In this document: one piece after another, positions 27,801 to 36,998 of the stretch
Layout: each line of letters starts with the position of its first letter
Numbering within the stretch: the first letter of the stretch is position 1
Source: Oscillospiraceae bacterium
GTDB lineage: Bacteria > Bacillota > Clostridia > Oscillospirales > CAG-272
NCBI GenBank assembly: GCA_009779295.1
Contig: WREN01000001.1
Coordinates: 1-50,662, forward strand
Reading direction: 5' to 3'
Length of the DNA: 50,662 nucleotides
Translations under genes and position numbers: made by a program
The notes under the pieces: model-generated
Told to the model about the DNA's origin: nothing
The model's database searches: none
The model's input: only the letters and a program-made list of their open reading frames with translations

Positions 27801-30800
27801 CGGGGATAACACCACGGTTGTTTCTTTGCTTGTCAATCAAGATGAAATAGACGCGCAGCTGCTGAATATTTCAGACGAAAACAAAACCCGGATTATGGCG
27901 CAATTCGCAATTAATCCGCGTTCGCGCGAAGCCGTACAGCTTGTACGCGAAATATATGGCGGCATTAAGGAAACGCTGGCGCTGTCATGGACTGCCTTGC
28001 ATATACAAATAGCGGAACTCGCGGAGGCAGGACGGTTTTCGATTATTGAAAGCAAGCCGACGCCGTATGAAGATTATCTGGCGATAAAATCCGCAGACCC
28101 CGATAATATCGTATTCTATCAAATCGGCGACTTTTTTGAGGTATATAACGGGGACGCTGAAACAGCGGCCCGTGTGCTTGACATATTACTCACGTCACGA
28201 AGCGCCGCCGGTCAAACGGAACGAATCCCTATGATCGGAATACCGTTTAACAGGCTGCCCGACTATACTAATAAGCTGTATGAAGCGGGTTATGGCATAA
28301 CCATATCTTCACTTAACAATGACGGTATCCGCGAGATAACGAGCCTTCCGCCGAAAACCAGAGAACAGGCAGCTTATATACCGGAACCGGAAATAACTGT
28401 GTCTGTACCGCAATATACAGTTGGCGACAGGTTTGAATACAACGGCAAGCCGCATGAGATAGACCGGGTCGGTGATTTTATCAGGTTACGGAACATCGGT
28501 ACGCCATCAGAATATCCCATTTTCGATTATATGTCCGTATCGCGGCAGGATTTTGAACGCAGGCTGTCTGACGGCGAAATCGTTATTACCACATCGGAGG
28601 ATGTTTCTATAGAACTGGCCGAACTTGATTTTGATACCGCGGCGCAGACTGTTTTGGAACGTGTCATGCAGGACGCTGACTTTGCGGAAACACTTGAAAA
28701 CGCGCAAAGCCGGGGCGCGCTTCGCAACCCGTTGAATACGGCTCTGGACAAGATTATGAATGACCACGGACAGGATGAGACGCATATACTCCGCGCATAT
28801 CATAATGACGACGACTTCAACGACAGGCTGTTTGATTTCGTGTACCGCCGGTCATGGGAGACAAAAACGGCGCGTGATGCGGCTGTACCTGAACCAATAA
28901 CGGTAACGGAACAAACCGGCATTGAAACACCTGTACGGGATATACCCATATCGCCTGACGTTCCGCCTCCCGTGTTCTTCGTGGATTGGGACGCGGCGCA
29001 GTACGACGTCGCAAATCTTGATAATGCCAACAGCGACCTCGTTGATGTGCTGGATAACGGCCTGATAGGGCAATCGGACAAAGAGACCGTTTTATCGATG
29101 CTGGCGAACGGAAGCACAAATGATGAGATAACCGCTTTAATTGCGGATGTGTACAGTAGGCAAATCGACACGATGACTCTGACGAGCGGCGAAACAGCCG
29201 ATTATTCGGTCATGCCCGACGGTATAGTCATAGACATACTCGACCGTTTCAATACGAAACTGTTTTTCACATGGGCTGACATAGCGCCGGTAGTCCGCGC
29301 ATTGGCGGTGGGATGGCAAGCCGGTCAAACCACCGAACTTGAAATTCCCGTTACGGCTGAAGATAAACCTCAAACAAGCTACATCAAAGGACAGCGTATC
29401 GTACTTGACCTGAGTGAGAAACTCCGCGATTCATTCTCATTTGTACACGACGCGCCGTTTATTGCTGGTGAGTTCGTTATCGACGACATCGACGGCGATG
29501 ATATAACTGTCAGCGCCTCGTATATTGACAGCAATGGCGAAAACGCGCGGCTTACCGTGAACCTGACCCGCAGTGAAGCGGAGCGGTATACGGTAAAACC
29601 TGTCGCTGATAAACTGTATGACGAAATATCTCCTTCCGATGAAACCACAACTGCATATTATTTGCTCCGCTATCCGAACGGCATTGGCGCGGGCGCGGTA
29701 TTAAGTTACGCCGATCTCGCGTTAATAAAAGAACAAGCAGACGCTTATGTTATTTGCGCCGAAGCTTGCCATTTGTCAGGTGACGATATGGCGCGGTATA
29801 ACATAGAGTTCCGCAAAATGCCGCGTGACTGGTATCTGCTGCCCGAAGTTGTACGGGAACAAATACACGAGATAAAACCGGAATACGAAAACCAATGGAA
29901 CGATCTATATACCAATCTGGAATTAACGGGTGAATTTGAACCGTTAAGCGAAAAACTGCGCTTAGAAGCAAGCCAAAATTTCCGTATCACCGACGATCAT
30001 CTCGGCGAGGGCGGCGCTAAGACCAAATTCCGGTATAACCTCGACGCGATACATGTACTTAAAGATATTGAGTTTGAAAAACGCGCGGCTACGCCTGACG
30101 AACAGCAGATACTCTCGCGCTACGTCGGCTGGGGCGGACTGCCGCAGGCATTCGACCCTGACAACAAGCAATGGGAAAATGAATACCTCGAACTTAACGC
30201 CGCACTCACCCCGGAGGAATGGGAATCGGCGCGGGCAAGCACCGTCAACGCGCACTACACTACCCCGACCGTTATCAGGGCTGTGTACGAAACCGTAGAG
30301 CGGCTCGGATTCAGGACAGGCAATATCCTCGAACCTTCATGCGGTATAGGTAATTTCTTCGGACTGTTGCCGGAGAGCATGAGCAACTCAAAACTGTACG
30401 GCGTGGAACTGGACAGCGTTACCGCACGGATCGCAAAACAGCTATATCCGAAAGCCAACATCAAAGAAATGGGTTTTGAGAAAACCGATACACCCGACGC
30501 CTTTTTCGACCTCGCCGTCGGTAACGTGCCTTTTGGCGATTATGGCATAGCCGACAAAAGGTATGATAAACACCATTTCAGCATCCATAACTATTTTTTC
30601 GCAAAAACGCTTGACCAGGTGCGTCCGGGCGGCGTCATCGCGTTCCTGACAAGCAAATTCACATTAGATGAAAAAAATCCGAATGTTCGGAAGTATATAG
30701 CGCAGCGCGCGGAACTGCTCGGCGCTGTACGGCTTCCGAACAATGCTTTCCTCAAAAACGCGGGTACGGAAGTAACGAGCGACATAATCTTCCTGCAAAA

Positions 30801-33800
30801 GCGCGCCCGTCCCATCGACGCCGAGCCTGATTGGGTACACCTCGGGCTGACCCACGGCGGCATATCCGTCAACAAGTATTACTCGGACAACCCCGAAATG
30901 ATACTCGGAACAATGGCTCCCGACGAACGTATGAACAGCAAATTCGGTACTGACAGCTTCACTGCTTGTTTACCCATAGAAGGAGCGGATTTAGCCGAAC
31001 AGTTAAAAACCGCATTGCTTAACATACAAGGCCAATACACCATTGAGGAATTGGACGACATTGAAGGCATTGACAACCACGCTATACCCGCCGACCCGCG
31101 CGTCAGAAACTTCAGTTACGCGCTCGTGATCCCGGCTGATAAATCGAATGAAGAAGCTGAAGGGCTGGCATATATTACGAAAATCGGCGATGATACGGTT
31201 ATTGGCGCTGGCCGGGTATATTACCGCGAGAACTCGATGATGTACCCGGTGGAATTGCCGGCGGCGACGCTGGAGCGCATCAAGGGTATGATCGCCCTGC
31301 GCGACTGTGTGCATGAACTCATCGATCTACAGCTTGACGAATGGACAGGCGAAGCGGCGATAAGAGCGAAACAAAATGAATTGAATATCCTGTACGACCG
31401 GTTCAACGCCGAATACGGGCTGATTAACTCACAGGTGAATAACCGGGCGTTCAACGCGGATTCCGCGTATTACCTGCTCTGCTCACTCGAAATACTGGAC
31501 GAGGACGGACAGCTTGAGCGCAAAGCCGATATGTTCACTAAACGCACAATCAAACAACGAACAGTCATCGAACACGTTAATACGGCAAGTGAAGCGCTCG
31601 CGGTTTCACTCTCCGAAAAAGCTAAAGTGGATATTGAGTATATGGCCGGTTTGACCGGATTTACGAACGACAAGCTCATTGGTGACTTAGAGAACGTTAT
31701 CTACTTTGATTTCGGCAACCCAAACAAATCCCTTCCGCCGTTCGACCCTGACAAAATGAAGATGTACGAAAAGTTCCCGCTTGTCACCGCCGAGGAGTAC
31801 CTCTCAGGCAATATCCGTGAAAAACTCTTTAAAGCTGAACGGTTCAATGAAACTTTCGGCGATGAGGTTCATGGCGTAGATACCACTATAAACGTGTACG
31901 CTCTGAAAACTGCCATGCCCAAAGACCTTGACCCGTCCGAAATAGCCGTGCGGCTCGGCTCCACTTGGATAGCGCCGGAGTATGTGCAGCAGTTTATGTA
32001 CGAATTGTTAAGAACAAACTGGCGTATGCGGGAAAGCCATCAGGTCAAGCACCATGAGTACACCGGCGAATGGCAGGTAACGGGCAAAGGCCGTTCGTTG
32101 TACAACGACATACTCGCTAACGTGACCTACGGTACAAACCGCATGAACGCCTATCAGATCATCGACGACACCCTCAACCTCCGCGATGTACGTGTATACG
32201 ATCACGTGAAGGATGCGGACGGCAAAGAGAAGCGCGTACTCAATAAAAAGGAAACGACGCTCGCGCAGCAGAAGCAGGAGCAGATCAAGCAGGCGTTCAA
32301 AGACTGGATATGGCAGGAGCCGCGGCGACGGCAGACGCTCGTTAAATTGTACAACGAACGGTTCAACAGCGTCCGTCCGCGCGAATACGACGGCAGTCAC
32401 ATCACTTTTTCTGGCATATCGCCGGAGATCACCCTGCGTAAACATCAACTGAACGCGATAGCGCACGGACTATACGGCGGTAATCTGCTGCTCGCCCATG
32501 TCGTCGGCGCAGGCAAGACTTTTGAAATGGTCGCTATTGCAATGGAGGGCAAACGCCTCGGGCTGTGCCATAAGTCATTGATGGCCGTGCCTAACCACCT
32601 GACCGAGCAATGGGCGGGCGAGTTCCTGCGGCTTTACCCTACGGCGAATATACTTGTGGCGACTAAAAAAGACTTTGAAATGCGCAACCGAAAAAAATTC
32701 TGCGCCAAGATAGCCACCGGCGACTACGACGCTGTTATCATCGGACATTCGCAGCTTGAAAAGATACCCATGTCAAGTGAGCGTCAGGAACGGCTCATAC
32801 GTGAACAGATATGGGAGATAGAGCAAGGCATAGAGGAATTAAAACGAACGCAGGGTGAACGCTTCTCTATCAAACAGCTTGAAAAGACGAAGAAGTCGCT
32901 TTTGGCGCGGCTGGAAAAACTGCTCAATGCAAAAAAACGCGACGACGTTGTTACTTATGAACAATTAGGAGTAGACAAGCTGTTCATTGACGAAGCGCAC
33001 GGCTTCAAAAATTTGTTCATGTATACGAAAATGCGGAACGTTGCGGGGCTTTCGACTTCAGAGGCGCAGAAATCCAGCGACTTGTTTATGAAATGCCGGT
33101 ACATGGACGAACTGACAGGCAACAAAGGCGTAGTTTTCGCCACGGGTACGCCGATCAGCAACAGTATGACCGAAATGTACACTATGCAGCGGTATCTTCA
33201 ATTTGATACCCTCGCGGAAAAAGGCTTAACGCACTTTGACAGTTGGGCGTCCATCTTCGGAGAAACGCAGACTTCGATAGAACTCGCGCCGGAGGGTACG
33301 GGCTACCGCGCGCGGACGCGATTCGCGCTGTTTCATAATTTGCCCGAACTAATGTATATGTTCAAAGAAGTGGCCGACATACAGACGGCGGATATGCTCA
33401 ACCTGCCCGTACCGGAAGCGAAATATGAGAATGTCATCGTACAGCCGTCCGAACGGCAAAAGGAAATGGTGCAGGAACTGTCAAAGAGAGCCGCGCTTGT
33501 CCATTCAGGGCGTGTAGACGCGAAAATCGACAATATGCTCAAAATAACGACTGACGGGCGCAAGATCGGGCTTGACCAGCGGCTGATCAACCCCCTGCTC
33601 TCCGACTTCGAGGGCAGCAAAGTCAACGCCTGCACCGATAATGTGTACCGCATATGGGACGAAACAAAAGACGGAAAACTTACCCAACTCGTGTTCTGCG
33701 ACTTTTCCACGCCGAACAAGAACGGGCGTTTCAACGTCTACGACGACGTCAAAACCAAATTGTTGGAACGCGGCGTACCTGAACACGAGATAGCTTTTAT

Positions 33801-35085
33801 CCACGACGCGGACACCGAAACGCGAAAAAAAGAACTTTTTGCCAAAGTACGTCAGGGTAGTGTACGTATACTGTTCGGCTCTACATTCAAAATGGGGAGC
33901 GGGACAAACGTGCAGGACAGGCTCATCGCCATACACGACGCCGACTGCCCCTGGCGGCCTGCCGATCTGGAACAGCGCGCCGGCCGTATCGTCAGGCAGG
34001 GCAATAAGAATGAAGAGGTGCAGATTTACAGGTATGCGACAAACGGCACTTTTGATTCGTACCTCTGGCAGACGGTGGAAAAAAAGCAGAAATTCATTGC
34101 GCAGATAATGACTTCTAAATCTCCCGTGAGAAGCTGCGAGGATGTGGACGAAACCGCCCTCAGTTATGCTGAAATAAAAGCGCTCTGCGCGGGCAACCCT
34201 CTTATTGCCGAAAAGATGAACCTCGACGTGGAAGTGGCGAAACTGCGTATGCTGAAATCCGAACATCAGAGCCAGCATTACCGTTTGGAGGACAACCTGA
34301 TGAAATATTACCCGCAGCAGATAACAGCGGTCAGGGAACGTATATCGGGTATAGAAAAAGATATTATTATGTACAACGAACAGAACGAAAAGTTCACGGA
34401 TGCGCGGCCTTCGCTGGACGGAACGGCATCGACCGCTGCGGCGAAATTCGCCGGTATGACAGTCAACGGCGTGGAATATATGGAAAAGGAGCCCGCTGCC
34501 AAAGCCCTGCTCGAAGCCTGCAAGGGCGTTACCGAAAAGAAAGATTTACCTGTCGGTAAATATATGGGATTCGATATGAGCCTGCAATTCGACGGGTTTC
34601 ACAAGACGTTCAGCGTCCTGCTGCGCGGGAATATGAGTTATACGACGGAACTCGGAACGGACGCTTTCGGCAATATCACCCGTATCAACAATACGTTGGC
34701 GGATTTACCTAAAAAACTCTCCGGAGCGAAATCACAGCTTGATGCGTTGTACCAGCAGCAGGAAGCGGCGAAGCAGGAGCTTGAAAAACCTTTTGCGCTG
34801 GCTGACGAACTGGCTGAAAAAGAAGCGCGGCTCGCGCTCTTGAACTCCGACCTGAACATAGACGGCGACGGCGGATTCGACGTGTTGAACGATGACAGCT
34901 GGGATGACGGAGCGGAGGAATACGAATTGCCTGACCCTGACGATGAAGAACCTGATGACGAATACGAACGGCAGACAGCCTCCGCGAAAAGCGCGAAGCC
35001 TTCTTTATTGGAAGGGCTGCGTTCGTTCAACCCTGAACGGCAATCTCCGGTATCAGGTAAAAAATCCCCGGAACTCGACATCTGA
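24853..35085 (+). CDS. polyvalent conjugative-element protein (3410 aa): ArdC-N-like module, repeated polyvalent-associated domains, MutS-domain-I-like module, N6-adenine DNA methyltransferase, SNF2/DEAD-like helicase
   Basis: One frame is open for 10.2 kb. MTase motif I EPSCGIGNFFG (~30.33 kb) and motif IV GNVPFG (~30.52 kb). Helicase motifs GAGKTF (~32.51 kb), FIDEAHGFKN (~32.99 kb) and QRAGRIVRQGN (~33.98 kb). Confidence 0.9.
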   Translation: MATKLQFYSVVAERAAKEVIAGSENWQSFLTVAARLYKYPFPDQLLIYAQRPDAIACAPIETWNESFNRWVRRGSKGIALIDDSGDRPHLRYVFDVSDTEPSQYRSRPVQLWEMRQEHREPVLEYLSGIYDDLGDTLADSFRSIARQLAREYYIDNASEIRYRAEDSFLEDFDDFNFGVAFEGALTNSVAYTLMSRCGFDTSDYFDDDDFRYIYEFNTPDMVYALGTAAGELSQQVLRDIELVIKKYERQQAAERSVTNERTQDERQSPDILPERGLSSSRPDTGRTAGIGGTVRQVREDTQSVSEGKPDDDLQYDAAEGNVVSASAGNGGTGDREVETGNEDIDVTGQPARQSGRSDGLDGGDERPEGTGGGTGTERIGLRLENQTYSQVGNSAISETLSTSSVTLDEVDSILRDGGNEKNSVLRIAAYFAKDMAQVENADFLRREYLLGQWGRNFESGGKGYQFGSRQTSVWFNEDGIRIGRGKSAKLATDYALITWEQTAERVKQLYDAGMYVSHDVLDEALYNESMERADDVKEIYSNISRGLNDIQYELKKAMTKEQQETVKDDWKIRRYLIRGLTELGNTAEKALFGEAKVSTDEIMRLYNETFRLSEEIPQEWEFGGSHTETVEIIAELLRDKGTISGNEIRQGIGYNELSEYNIILTRLREDLSAFEAEPDAPIHFYRNPHRVLSDLEKAGLPVYGFPAAEYTPTGYTRFITDDEVDRYLTGGSHYNESKLRILSNFLHDHTPKEQQDFLKNEYGHGGGSWVDGGWYGADPGKGITLKRSGCDDVNLNWNQAARRIENLIRGGRYISRDELGRIFNYERLMLARSINNFYYNMPDEYQRPFAKELDFYNPKEDEWAALNGLLYDPEKIDALLGEMRRIYDNTPEEDRYYENRKTGYERLTAFRDGRYTLFPGLETLPDPDATATRPQTQIPFAPFVPPSAVQNEQLTFFDFEQPPLLTSVEEQQAILEKAAETSAGDNTTVVSLLVNQDEIDAQLLNISDENKTRIMAQFAINPRSREAVQLVREIYGGIKETLALSWTALHIQIAELAEAGRFSIIESKPTPYEDYLAIKSADPDNIVFYQIGDFFEVYNGDAETAARVLDILLTSRSAAGQTERIPMIGIPFNRLPDYTNKLYEAGYGITISSLNNDGIREITSLPPKTREQAAYIPEPEITVSVPQYTVGDRFEYNGKPHEIDRVGDFIRLRNIGTPSEYPIFDYMSVSRQDFERRLSDGEIVITTSEDVSIELAELDFDTAAQTVLERVMQDADFAETLENAQSRGALRNPLNTALDKIMNDHGQDETHILRAYHNDDDFNDRLFDFVYRRSWETKTARDAAVPEPITVTEQTGIETPVRDIPISPDVPPPVFFVDWDAAQYDVANLDNANSDLVDVLDNGLIGQSDKETVLSMLANGSTNDEITALIADVYSRQIDTMTLTSGETADYSVMPDGIVIDILDRFNTKLFFTWADIAPVVRALAVGWQAGQTTELEIPVTAEDKPQTSYIKGQRIVLDLSEKLRDSFSFVHDAPFIAGEFVIDDIDGDDITVSASYIDSNGENARLTVNLTRSEAERYTVKPVADKLYDEISPSDETTTAYYLLRYPNGIGAGAVLSYADLALIKEQADAYVICAEACHLSGDDMARYNIEFRKMPRDWYLLPEVVREQIHEIKPEYENQWNDLYTNLELTGEFEPLSEKLRLEASQNFRITDDHLGEGGAKTKFRYNLDAIHVLKDIEFEKRAATPDEQQILSRYVGWGGLPQAFDPDNKQWENEYLELNAALTPEEWESARASTVNAHYTTPTVIRAVYETVERLGFRTGNILEPSCGIGNFFGLLPESMSNSKLYGVELDSVTARIAKQLYPKANIKEMGFEKTDTPDAFFDLAVGNVPFGDYGIADKRYDKHHFSIHNYFFAKTLDQVRPGGVIAFLTSKFTLDEKNPNVRKYIAQRAELLGAVRLPNNAFLKNAGTEVTSDIIFLQKRARPIDAEPDWVHLGLTHGGISVNKYYSDNPEMILGTMAPDERMNSKFGTDSFTACLPIEGADLAEQLKTALLNIQGQYTIEELDDIEGIDNHAIPADPRVRNFSYALVIPADKSNEEAEGLAYITKIGDDTVIGAGRVYYRENSMMYPVELPAATLERIKGMIALRDCVHELIDLQLDEWTGEAAIRAKQNELNILYDRFNAEYGLINSQVNNRAFNADSAYYLLCSLEILDEDGQLERKADMFTKRTIKQRTVIEHVNTASEALAVSLSEKAKVDIEYMAGLTGFTNDKLIGDLENVIYFDFGNPNKSLPPFDPDKMKMYEKFPLVTAEEYLSGNIREKLFKAERFNETFGDEVHGVDTTINVYALKTAMPKDLDPSEIAVRLGSTWIAPEYVQQFMYELLRTNWRMRESHQVKHHEYTGEWQVTGKGRSLYNDILANVTYGTNRMNAYQIIDDTLNLRDVRVYDHVKDADGKEKRVLNKKETTLAQQKQEQIKQAFKDWIWQEPRRRQTLVKLYNERFNSVRPREYDGSHITFSGISPEITLRKHQLNAIAHGLYGGNLLLAHVVGAGKTFEMVAIAMEGKRLGLCHKSLMAVPNHLTEQWAGEFLRLYPTANILVATKKDFEMRNRKKFCAKIATGDYDAVIIGHSQLEKIPMSSERQERLIREQIWEIEQGIEELKRTQGERFSIKQLEKTKKSLLARLEKLLNAKKRDDVVTYEQLGVDKLFIDEAHGFKNLFMYTKMRNVAGLSTSEAQKSSDLFMKCRYMDELTGNKGVVFATGTPISNSMTEMYTMQRYLQFDTLAEKGLTHFDSWASIFGETQTSIELAPEGTGYRARTRFALFHNLPELMYMFKEVADIQTADMLNLPVPEAKYENVIVQPSERQKEMVQELSKRAALVHSGRVDAKIDNMLKITTDGRKIGLDQRLINPLLSDFEGSKVNACTDNVYRIWDETKDGKLTQLVFCDFSTPNKNGRFNVYDDVKTKLLERGVPEHEIAFIHDADTETRKKELFAKVRQGSVRILFGSTFKMGSGTNVQDRLIAIHDADCPWRPADLEQRAGRIVRQGNKNEEVQIYRYATNGTFDSYLWQTVEKKQKFIAQIMTSKSPVRSCEDVDETALSYAEIKALCAGNPLIAEKMNLDVEVAKLRMLKSEHQSQHYRLEDNLMKYYPQQITAVRERISGIEKDIIMYNEQNEKFTDARPSLDGTASTAAAKFAGMTVNGVEYMEKEPAAKALLEACKGVTEKKDLPVGKYMGFDMSLQFDGFHKTFSVLLRGNMSYTTELGTDAFGNITRINNTLADLPKKLSGAKSQLDALYQQQEAAKQELEKPFALADELAEKEARLALLNSDLNIDGDGGFDVLNDDSWDDGAEEYELPDPDDEEPDDEYERQTASAKSAKPSLLEGLRSFNPERQSPVSGKKSPELDI
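25628..26002 (+). CDS. tnpV: TnpV-family protein gene nested out of frame inside the polyvalent ORF
   Basis: 124-aa ORF in a different frame from 24853..35085. AAAGGAG at 25613-25619 lies 8 nt upstream of the ATG. The product carries TnpV-like landmarks GDYLLPDL, AYLKENR, LFPHL, DDPMGWTAAMN and AEELVLNELVYA. Confidence 0.65.
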   Translation: MNEPKMNDNRLTYSLNGDYLLPDLILDEPPELAEPLGRYARIRKAYLKENRTMTYNTMLLKETLFPHLRETEELATARLKQVMKILMSRDSLPDKADDPMGWTAAMNALKAQAEELVLNELVYA

Positions 35086-35113
35086 CCGGCAGGCACAAAC
35101 AATACTACACATC

Positions 35114-35156
35114 GCGGCGGCGTGGGGTAAACAACCTCGCCGCCGCCATTTTTTTG
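35114..35156 (+). terminator. rho-independent terminator; it may also be part of oriT
   Basis: GCGGCGGCG (35114-35122) pairs with CGCCGCCGC (35138-35146), followed by CATTTTTTT. It lies directly upstream of mobC. Confidence 0.65.
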
Positions 35157-35531
35157 GAGGTGGTCATTACGGTAAAGCAAAAAAAGAAAGAATCGGAAAA
35201 AAAGCGGACGCGGGATCAGTATATTACCTTCCGCGTCACCGGGCAGGAGCGGGACATGATAGACCGCCGCATGGCGCAGGCCGGCATGAAGAACCGCCGC
35301 GCTTATCTGCTCAAAATGGCGGCGGACGGGCAGATTGTCCGCCTTGAATTAGACAGTGTGAAAGAAATGGTGCGGCTACTCTCCAACGCGACCAACAACA
35401 TCAACCAAATAGCACATCGCGCCAACGCGACCGGCAGTATCTACGCTGCCGACCTCGACGAACTGCGCGGACGGTACGACGAGATTTGGAAACAGACGAA
35501 GGAGATACTGCACAAGTTAGCTCAAATTTGA
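35154..35531 (+). CDS. mobC: MobC-family relaxosome accessory protein
   Basis: RRAYLLKMAADGQIVRLELDSVKEMVRLLSNATNNINQIAHRANATG is the MobC signature region. The exact start is uncertain. Confidence 0.85.
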   Translation: MEVVITVKQKKKESEKKRTRDQYITFRVTGQERDMIDRRMAQAGMKNRRAYLLKMAADGQIVRLELDSVKEMVRLLSNATNNINQIAHRANATGSIYAADLDELRGRYDEIWKQTKEILHKLAQI

Positions 35532-35546
35532 TGGGGGTGGTACTAC

Positions 35547-36998
35547 ATGGCGACGACATGGATAAAACCGCTTCATATCGGAAGCAAACGCGCGCGCTCC
35601 ACGGTTGTTTCCGACATTATCGGGTATATAAAGAACCCGCAGAAAACTGACGGCGGCAGTTTGATTGCCGCCTACGGTTGTGACAGCCGTTCGGCAGACG
35701 ATGAGTTTATGCTCGCCAAACGGGAATATGAGGACATTACGGGGCGAAGTCAAGGCAGGCGCGATGTTCTCGCCTATCACATCAGGCAGAGCTTCAAACC
35801 GGGCGAGGTTGACGCGGAAACCGCGAATAAGATCGGGTATGAATTAACGATGTCATTTACCAAGGGCAATCATGCTTTTGTCGTGGCTACCCACATAGAC
35901 AAGGCGCACATCCATAACCACATCATATTTAATTCGACCGCCTTGTCCTGCGAACGGAAATTCAACAATTTCTACAGGTCGGACAAAACGGTGCGCCGTA
36001 TCAGCGATTTGCTCTGCATAGAGAATGGGCTGTCAATCATAGAAAACCCACAACCGTCCAAAGGCAGGAATTACGCTAAACATATCGGCAGGCCAGCGAC
36101 ATGGCAGGAGAAGCTGTGCCGTCAAATTGACGGGTTGCTGCCCTCTTGTGCTGCGTTCGATGACTTCATTGCGGCGATGAAATCGGCGGGCTATACCGTC
36201 AACGAAAAACGCAAGCACATCACGTTCCTCGCCCCCGGTCAGATTAAGCCTACGCGCCTTGATACGCTGGGCGGTGAGTATACCGAAGCGGCGATAAGGG
36301 AACGGCTCGGCATGACGAGAACCATCGCGGCTTCCGGCGCGGGCGGGGGTCTTGATACGGGAATTCACGCCCGTTATACGGACGAACCGACACGGGTAAG
36401 CCTGCTCATAGACATACAGGCGAAGATACAGGAGGGTAATGGTGCCGGGTACGAACGATGGGCGCGCATATTCAACCTGAAGGAATCGGCCCGCACCCTG
36501 CTGTTTCTGAAAGAGAACGGCATAGACAGCTACGACGACCTCGTACAAAAAACCGCCGCCGCTTCCGCTGATTTCGATGAGCGTATGACGAAGATCAAGT
36601 CTGCTGAAAAACGTATGGCTGAGATTACCGAGCTTCAAAAACACATCGGCGCTTACGGCAAGACCCGCGAGGTATACGCGAAATACAAGGCGTCAGGGTG
36701 GAATTCCGATTTTTATGAGGAACACCGGACAGACATTACCCTGCACAACGCGGCTAAAAAACATTTCGACGACTTAAAAATTAAGAAGCTGCCTACTATC
36801 GCGTCGCTCAAACAGGAATACGCGGTTCATGCCGCTGAAAAGAAAAGTCTGTATCACGGCTACCACGAAGCGAAGGACACTATGCGCCAGCTTCTTGTGG
36901 CGAAAGGCAACGCTTCGCGCATACTCGGCATTGCCAACGATGCGCGGGAGCGCGACGATATGCGCGGACGCGCCCGGAGCATTGCGCCGGACAGATAG
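35547..36998 (+). CDS. relaxase/mobilization nuclease (MobA/VirD2 superfamily)
   Basis: Histidine triad HIDKAHIHNHIIFNS, an N-terminal region with candidate catalytic Tyr, 483 aa, directly downstream of mobC. Confidence 0.9.
   Translation: MATTWIKPLHIGSKRARSTVVSDIIGYIKNPQKTDGGSLIAAYGCDSRSADDEFMLAKREYEDITGRSQGRRDVLAYHIRQSFKPGEVDAETANKIGYELTMSFTKGNHAFVVATHIDKAHIHNHIIFNSTALSCERKFNNFYRSDKTVRRISDLLCIENGLSIIENPQPSKGRNYAKHIGRPATWQEKLCRQIDGLLPSCAAFDDFIAAMKSAGYTVNEKRKHITFLAPGQIKPTRLDTLGGEYTEAAIRERLGMTRTIAASGAGGGLDTGIHARYTDEPTRVSLLIDIQAKIQEGNGAGYERWARIFNLKESARTLLFLKENGIDSYDDLVQKTAAASADFDERMTKIKSAEKRMAEITELQKHIGAYGKTREVYAKYKASGWNSDFYEEHRTDITLHNAAKKHFDDLKIKKLPTIASLKQEYAVHAAEKKSLYHGYHEAKDTMRQLLVAKGNASRILGIANDARERDDMRGRARSIAPDR

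Noticed and set aside
33505-34278. Long antisense ORFs inside the helicase region (257 aa here; similar ones at 22611..23219, 4583..5296, 36033..36644 and 37835..38548)
   Set aside because: All lie opposite strongly motif-supported plus-strand genes, have biased low-complexity translations, and lack RBS or start context. This is typical of antisense open frames in GC-richer coding DNA.
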